From IMG/VR virus record IMGVR_UViG_3300047311_000323, positions 1 through 64,000 of that record: a stretch of DNA of 64,000 nucleotides; one strand, 5' to 3'. The notes under the pieces are model-generated. The model saw only the letters and a list, made by a program, of their open reading frames with translations. It did not search any database and had not been told where the DNA came from. The DNA is from a virus. Positions 59,444 to 64,000 of this stretch are shown here, piece after piece. Every line of letters starts with the position of its first letter. The first letter of the stretch is position 1. The translations under genes and the position numbers were made by a program.

Positions 59444-60676
59444 GTGCCCAGCATGGAACATCTACCTATTTCTACACACCTTATTCACCCACAAGCAATT
59501 GAGGTATGTCGAATCCTAAATCAAAACAACTATCAAGCCTTTATTGTGGGCGGATGTGTGCGAGACCTTCTCCTGGGGCAGACGCCCAAGGACTGGGACA
59601 TCACGACCGATGCTTCTCCTCAGAGAATCATGGAGATTTTCCCCAAGACTATTCCAACTGGCCTGCAACATGGTACGGTAACGGTCTGTATGGGCGAAGG
59701 TGTCGAAAACCACTTCGAGGTTACTACGTTCAGAATCGAAGGCGCATATTCAGACGGTCGTAGGCCCGATGAAGTCACTTTCGTAATGAATGTAGAGCAA
59801 GACTTGGCAAGGCGAGACTTAACCATCAATGCCATTGCTTATGACCCGCTTACCAATGTATGTGTAGACCCTTTTCACGGAATTGAAGACCTCCAACAAG
59901 GTCTAATTAGGGCAGTAGGTAATCCTGCTATCCGATTCCAAGAGGACGGCTTGCGCATCATGCGAGTGGCTCGATTTGCGGCTAGATTTGGCTACCAAGT
60001 AGAAGAAGAAACCATAAAGGGCATGTCAGAGAACCTAGAGACCTTGAAAAGGGTCTCAAAGGAGCGAATTCGAGATGAATTATGCAAGACTCTGATGGCT
60101 AGTAACCCAAATATAGGGTTGCGAATTCTATCTTCAACTGGGGCATTAAAAATAGCTGCTCCATCCTTGCGATTTCACCCTGAAGCTCGTGATTTCCCTT
60201 GGGCCGGTGAGTTAGAGACAAGAATAGCTGTTCTTTACCTTCATCGTCTCCAGGAAGTAGAGGCTGAACTAGAAAGTTTGAAATTCTCTAACCGAGAAAT
60301 CAAGAAAGTTTTACTGCTTCAGGAGCTGTTTGGACGCTGGTGGCGAGCGTCGCATTGGGGCGATTCCGAAGCCTATAAGGTGTTTATAAGCATCATCAAG
60401 AACCGATCCATAGACGACTACCCCTCTACCTTACAGCAATTTATAAGGTTGGGAGAGTCGCTTGGTTACCCCGTTCAAGAATGGCTTAATCTTTATCAAA
60501 ATGAAGTCGTTTTTGCTCGTAAAGAGATGCTGATAAATGGTAATGATTTGATGGAGGCCGGCATGCCTGCTGGTCCTAAATTGAAAATAGCTTTGGATAA
60601 GTGCTATAATGAAATTTTGCTTCATCCCGAGCATAATACCAAAGCTTACTTGCTAGAAGTAGCTAAGCGAGCTTAA
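59444..60676 (+). CDS. cca: CCA-adding tRNA nucleotidyltransferase (class II)
   Basis: VGGCVRDLLLG..PKDWDITT, EVTTFR, DLARRDLTINAIA, RFQEDGLRIMRVARFAARFG; start GTG 59444 or ATG 59453. Confidence 0.92.
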   Translation: MPSMEHLPISTHLIHPQAIEVCRILNQNNYQAFIVGGCVRDLLLGQTPKDWDITTDASPQRIMEIFPKTIPTGLQHGTVTVCMGEGVENHFEVTTFRIEGAYSDGRRPDEVTFVMNVEQDLARRDLTINAIAYDPLTNVCVDPFHGIEDLQQGLIRAVGNPAIRFQEDGLRIMRVARFAARFGYQVEEETIKGMSENLETLKRVSKERIRDELCKTLMASNPNIGLRILSSTGALKIAAPSLRFHPEARDFPWAGELETRIAVLYLHRLQEVEAELESLKFSNREIKKVLLLQELFGRWWRASHWGDSEAYKVFISIIKNRSIDDYPSTLQQFIRLGESLGYPVQEWLNLYQNEVVFARKEMLINGNDLMEAGMPAGPKLKIALDKCYNEILLHPEHNTKAYLLEVAKRA

Positions 60677-61224
60677 TCGTTCTTTGGGGCCTTGGATTTT
60701 ACATCTAGGGCCTTAAAGAGTTTATTATGAGTGCTTCTCAAAAAGTCTTTCTGAGTATCAGATAGCTTGTCTTTATCATTACGCAGTTGCTCATGAATTT
60801 GATGAGATAGTTCTTGAGAGTCTTTAAAGTCTAATGGCATCAACTGCAATTCGAATTGGACGCCATCAATATCTAGATTAACATCAGTTACTCCAGGATA
60901 TTCAAGTCCGCAATCATTGGTATCCTTTTTTTTAGAGTCTTTTACTTGGCCTTTGAATACTTTCTTAAGCAAGTCCACAACTTCTTTAGGATTGTATTCT
61001 TGAGAGAAGAAAAGCCTACCTCTGGCCAAATCTGGAAGGATGCCGGGATCGGATTCACGATCTCGCAGCATTTTCTTTTTGATGCTGAGGTATGGCTTTA
61101 AGTTGGTTTCCAACAGAAAATCATGTGGTGGCAAGTCTGCAAGCTGAGACTGCACGTGCTGCATAGCCTTGTTCAAACTGGGCATGAGGTGCATGTATTG
61201 CTTTCGAAGTTTCTTGGAGTCCAT
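60673..61224 (-). CDS. RelA/SpoT-like (small alarmone synthetase fold) nucleotidyltransferase, divergent
   Basis: K-PYL-S-IKK-K-ML-R, D-LA-R-G-R, G.EYPG and FELQLMP align by eye with SAS motifs; start moved to ATG 61224 so it does not overlap the divergent HNH gene. Confidence 0.6.
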   Translation of the reverse strand: MDSKKLRKQYMHLMPSLNKAMQHVQSQLADLPPHDFLLETNLKPYLSIKKKMLRDRESDPGILPDLARGRLFFSQEYNPKEVVDLLKKVFKGQVKDSKKKDTNDCGLEYPGVTDVNLDIDGVQFELQLMPLDFKDSQELSHQIHEQLRNDKDKLSDTQKDFLRSTHNKLFKALDVKSKAPKND

Positions 61225-61258
61225 GATTATATGCGGGGTTATAGACAGGCGAGGTTTC

Positions 61259-61936
61259 ATGACTAAATTACGAGATTTAACGGGCCAAAGATTCGGAAGA
61301 TTAATTGTTTTGGAGCGAGGTGAGAATCTATCACGCCCACCTTGTAAATCACATCCTAATGGAAAATCTAGAATCACATGGGTTTGTCAATGTGATTGCG
61401 GTACGATCAAAACAATTTCTGCTGAAAAGTTGTATCACAAAAAGAGCCCAACACGTTCTTGTGGTTGTTTAAACACTGACACTAATAGGGCTAAAGCTTA
61501 CTTAATGCATAAAGCCAATACTAAGTATCATCCTAGTATTGGAACAGCGCGCGGGATCTGGGCTAAAATATACAAAGATGGCCCCGATGGCCTTTCTTTT
61601 GAAGAGTTCTATGATCTTTCTCAAAAACCATGTCATTACTGTGGCTCTAAACCAAACAATTCTCAAAACAGTCCTATGAGTGATAAGTTAGCCTCAGCCT
61701 TTGCTAAAGAAAATGGCACATTTGTATATAATGGATTAGATAGAATAGATAGCACCAAACATCATACATTAGATAATGTAGTACCATGTTGTAAATGGTG
61801 CAATTATGCAAAAAGAGAGCGTACAACAGAAGAATTCAAAGCTTGGGCTAAACGATTACATGACAATTTGTTCATACAAAAAGAAACGGACTCTAATTGC
61901 TTAGAGTCCGTTTCGGAACTTGCTTTAGTCAGTTAA
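61259..61936 (+). CDS. Free-standing HNH homing endonuclease
   Basis: DLTGQRFGRL, WVCQCDCG, TRSCGC, CHYCG, GLDRIDSTKHHTLDNVVPCCKWCN.AK; start moved to ATG 61259 (SD GAGG). Confidence 0.85.
   Translation: MTKLRDLTGQRFGRLIVLERGENLSRPPCKSHPNGKSRITWVCQCDCGTIKTISAEKLYHKKSPTRSCGCLNTDTNRAKAYLMHKANTKYHPSIGTARGIWAKIYKDGPDGLSFEEFYDLSQKPCHYCGSKPNNSQNSPMSDKLASAFAKENGTFVYNGLDRIDSTKHHTLDNVVPCCKWCNYAKRERTTEEFKAWAKRLHDNLFIQKETDSNCLESVSELALVS
61883..61914 (-). terminator. Intrinsic terminator of the major capsid gene
   Basis: GAAACGGACTCTAA-GCAA-TTAGAGTCCGTTTC then TTTTT on the minus strand, ~30 nt after the capsid stop. Confidence 0.8.
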
Positions 61937-61941
61937 GCTTA

Positions 61942-62955
61942 TTAGGCTCCGACGACTACGCTCTTTCTACCAGCGGCACAGCCTCTTGGGTTAACAATGG
62001 CGATACCAATGATTTCGCTAACTACCCAACCCAACTTTAGTTGTTTTGGTTCATCGGCAGGGAGTACTTCAATATCCTGACGGATTGGCATTACTCCTAC
62101 AAATTCTGGATCGGCTACACCGTAGATGGTTCCAGGTGGAACAATCTTGCTGACCATGATGTCAGTACCCCAGATGTGGGCGTATAGACCGGTCTGTAGA
62201 ACTTCTCTCATAGTTACTGGATCGAAGTCACCACCACCAACACCTTGTCCACCACCAGAACCCCACTTGAGGATGTCAGTGAACTCGTTGATGTTCATGA
62301 AGTACTTAGTAGTTACTAAGTCCCAACGATCAATCTGTTGCTTGATTTCGACCAAGTCTCTCTTTAGAAGACCTGCATCGGCGATGTCAGTGAGAGTGTT
62401 CTCAACTGAGGCAGCGGCATCCAAGGCGGCAAAGATGTTTGCATCTTCTTGAGCCATGATTTCCTGACGTGCCTTTTGAACAGCTCTGTCAATGACGTTG
62501 AATCTACGACGCTTGACTTCAGCGATACGAACCGTTGGGTTCGCGTAGATTTCAAACTCTGGAACAACTACACGGTCACCGAATACACGGGACTCTGGAC
62601 CAGTACCGTTGGAAGAGATAACAACTGCGGCAACGTCGATATCTCTATCGTAAGTTGGAATTGCTCCCTGTGGTAGTGGGTCAACAACCAAGGCACGACG
62701 AGCGATACCATGGTAATCGAGGTTTCTACGGATTGGGTTTGCCATAGCCTGAGCTAGAGCAATCTTTCCGTCTTGAGTCATGATTGCGCGAGTGATCAAT
62801 TCATCACGCTTCTCATCGCTCAATGCTGGTTGACCAGCTAGTCCTTGGTTTGCAGGGACATTCTCTTCGAGAATGGCTGCGTACTTTACCAAGGCTTGCA
62901 ATGCATCCTTGAAAGATGAGGCGTTAATTTCGCCCTTGCCGCTAAACATATTCAT
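61942..62955 (-). CDS. Major capsid protein (HK97 fold, encapsulin-like family)
   Basis: LAQAMANPIRRNLDY.GIARR.L.VDPLPQGA, PEFEI.ANPT.RI.EVK.RRFNVIDR; strong SD AGGAG; follows a decoration-like gene and precedes a strong terminator. Confidence 0.85.
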   Translation of the reverse strand: MNMFSGKGEINASSFKDALQALVKYAAILEENVPANQGLAGQPALSDEKRDELITRAIMTQDGKIALAQAMANPIRRNLDYHGIARRALVVDPLPQGAIPTYDRDIDVAAVVISSNGTGPESRVFGDRVVVPEFEIYANPTVRIAEVKRRRFNVIDRAVQKARQEIMAQEDANIFAALDAAASVENTLTDIADAGLLKRDLVEIKQQIDRWDLVTTKYFMNINEFTDILKWGSGGGQGVGGGDFDPVTMREVLQTGLYAHIWGTDIMVSKIVPPGTIYGVADPEFVGVMPIRQDIEVLPADEPKQLKLGWVVSEIIGIAIVNPRGCAAGRKSVVVGA

Positions 62956-63009
62956 AGTTTCTCCTAGAAAAATTTGCCAGTCTTACCAGCTTATATTCTT
63001 ACGTTAAAA

Positions 63010-63090
63010 GGGTGAGAGGGGTCCTTGCGGACTTCGAGAATGACAAGCTTGCGCTTGGCATCTCCCCCAGCCTCTCGGCCAGAGAAGTTT
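63010..63090 (-). ncRNA. Candidate structured RNA element in the capsid 5' leader
   Basis: GC-rich intergenic island with CAAGC-GCAA-GCTTG and GTCC-GCAA-GGAC hairpins and complementary flanks. Confidence 0.5.
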
Positions 63091-63099
63091 ATTCAGCTA

Positions 63100-63828
63100 T
63101 TAGCCGATTGGTGGTGCAAAGTAGATGGTTGCAAACGTAAAGGCTCTTGGTTGAACCGAGGATACGTTTCCAGATGGGCTATTCAAAGCAGCTACTAAGT
63201 AGTTTGGAGTGGTTACCAAAGAACCGTTGGTGTTGAACTCAACTAGAGAAGCAACGACTGGGGCGCCGGAGAGCTTGTTACCAGCAGCATTTGGAGTCAA
63301 AAGACCCAAACTGGTGAAGCTTAGTGCAGCACCGACTGTGAGGGCAACGTTAGTTGGAATCAAACCGTTAGCGGCAGTGTCTACTGCGTCTAGGGAGACT
63401 GCGTAGAGACCTGGCTTGTCCCAGCAAGTTGTCTTGCCAGAGCCGGTTGAGGTGTGAGGTCCGAGGACGGCTCCACCAGTTACTTGCTGTCCGACAGCTC
63501 CACCAACAACAGATCCAAAGAGAGTTCCGTATCCGGTAATACCGTCATCGGAGAGCATCAATGGACGAGATGCGTTAGTTAGAGAAGTCGATCCATCAAA
63601 CTTACGAGATACTGCTGGACGCTTAAACGTACCAGAGGTATTGACGTAACCGTCAAATACATCGTAAGCTGCTTGATCAAGACCTGCGGTTGTTACACCT
63701 GGTTGACCACTTGTAGTTACTGCGGCGAAAGATACCACTTCACCACCCTTGAGGGTCAAAACATCAGAGTCAAGACCGTCAAACTGACCTAAAGGCTGAG
63801 TGCCTGGTTGCAAAAGTTTTAGAGACAT
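63100..63828 (-). CDS. Capsid decoration/cement-like protein
   Basis: Immediately upstream of the capsid gene; Gly/Thr-rich beta protein; capsid-like codon bias. Confidence 0.6.
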   Translation of the reverse strand: MSLKLLQPGTQPLGQFDGLDSDVLTLKGGEVVSFAAVTTSGQPGVTTAGLDQAAYDVFDGYVNTSGTFKRPAVSRKFDGSTSLTNASRPLMLSDDGITGYGTLFGSVVGGAVGQQVTGGAVLGPHTSTGSGKTTCWDKPGLYAVSLDAVDTAANGLIPTNVALTVGAALSFTSLGLLTPNAAGNKLSGAPVVASLVEFNTNGSLVTTPNYLVAALNSPSGNVSSVQPRAFTFATIYFAPPIG

Positions 63829-64000
63829 GGTTTTATCCTATTTAATCTATCAAATGCCCTTTGGGGCACGGTAACTTACACCTTTAACTTACAAAATTCA
63901 TAAAGCATACTCGTTTATTGATATGTTTTCAAATAAAAAGTTGCCTGTATTGCAAAGATATTGGGCTATGCCCAGATTATTTGCCGAAAAGACCACCAAA

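Noticed and set aside
4171-63406. The many 60-190 aa ORFs in the track lying antisense to, or in alternate frames of, long genes (e.g. 9517..9984, 33039..33611, 46391..46798, 44647..45168, 62126..62452)
   Set aside because: Shadow ORFs fully overlapping well-supported genes, with no SD or recognisable motif
1-64000. Alternative genetic code (stop codon reassignment, common in some jumbo phages)
   Set aside because: Very long genes are intact under the standard code, and TAA/TGA stops fall at expected gene boundaries
1-64000. tRNA genes or CRISPR arrays (suggested by the CCA enzyme and jumbo-phage context)
   Set aside because: No cloverleaf/T-loop signature or spaced direct-repeat array seen; intergenic gaps are too short. 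tRNAscan-SE on the full genome would settle it

Overview
This window is part of the virion morphogenesis region of a large myovirus-like (contractile-tailed, probably jumbo) phage. It is densely coding and almost entirely on the minus strand. In transcription order (right to left): capsid decoration protein, HK97-fold major capsid protein, a ~13 kb array of domain-shuffled fibre/spike-like paralogs (with a patatin and a glycoside-hydrolase-like gene embedded), neck/head-tail proteins, tail fibres, tail completion protein, sheath, tube, a tail assembly chaperone pair with a -1 frameshift site, tape measure, tube initiator, hub, spike, two unknown baseplate-region proteins, gp25-like wedge, baseplate J, and a >2,096 aa LamG-containing wedge protein that runs off the left edge and is missing from the ORF track. 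A few plus-strand or accessory genes are interleaved: CCA-adding enzyme converging on a divergent RelA/SpoT-like nucleotidyltransferase, 2H phosphoesterase, HNH endonucleases, cold-shock protein, HExxH peptidase. The most interesting leads are (i) the CCA-enzyme / RelA-SpoT-like pair as a possible tRNA 3'-end control or repair module, (ii) a compact GNRA-capped structured RNA in the major capsid leader, (iii) the modular appendage gene array, and (iv) a recurring AATAW-N4-RCATT upstream motif that may be a phage late promoter. Product calls come from motif recognition and synteny by eye; no database searches were run. No tRNA, rRNA, CRISPR array, reverse transcriptase or integrase was seen.
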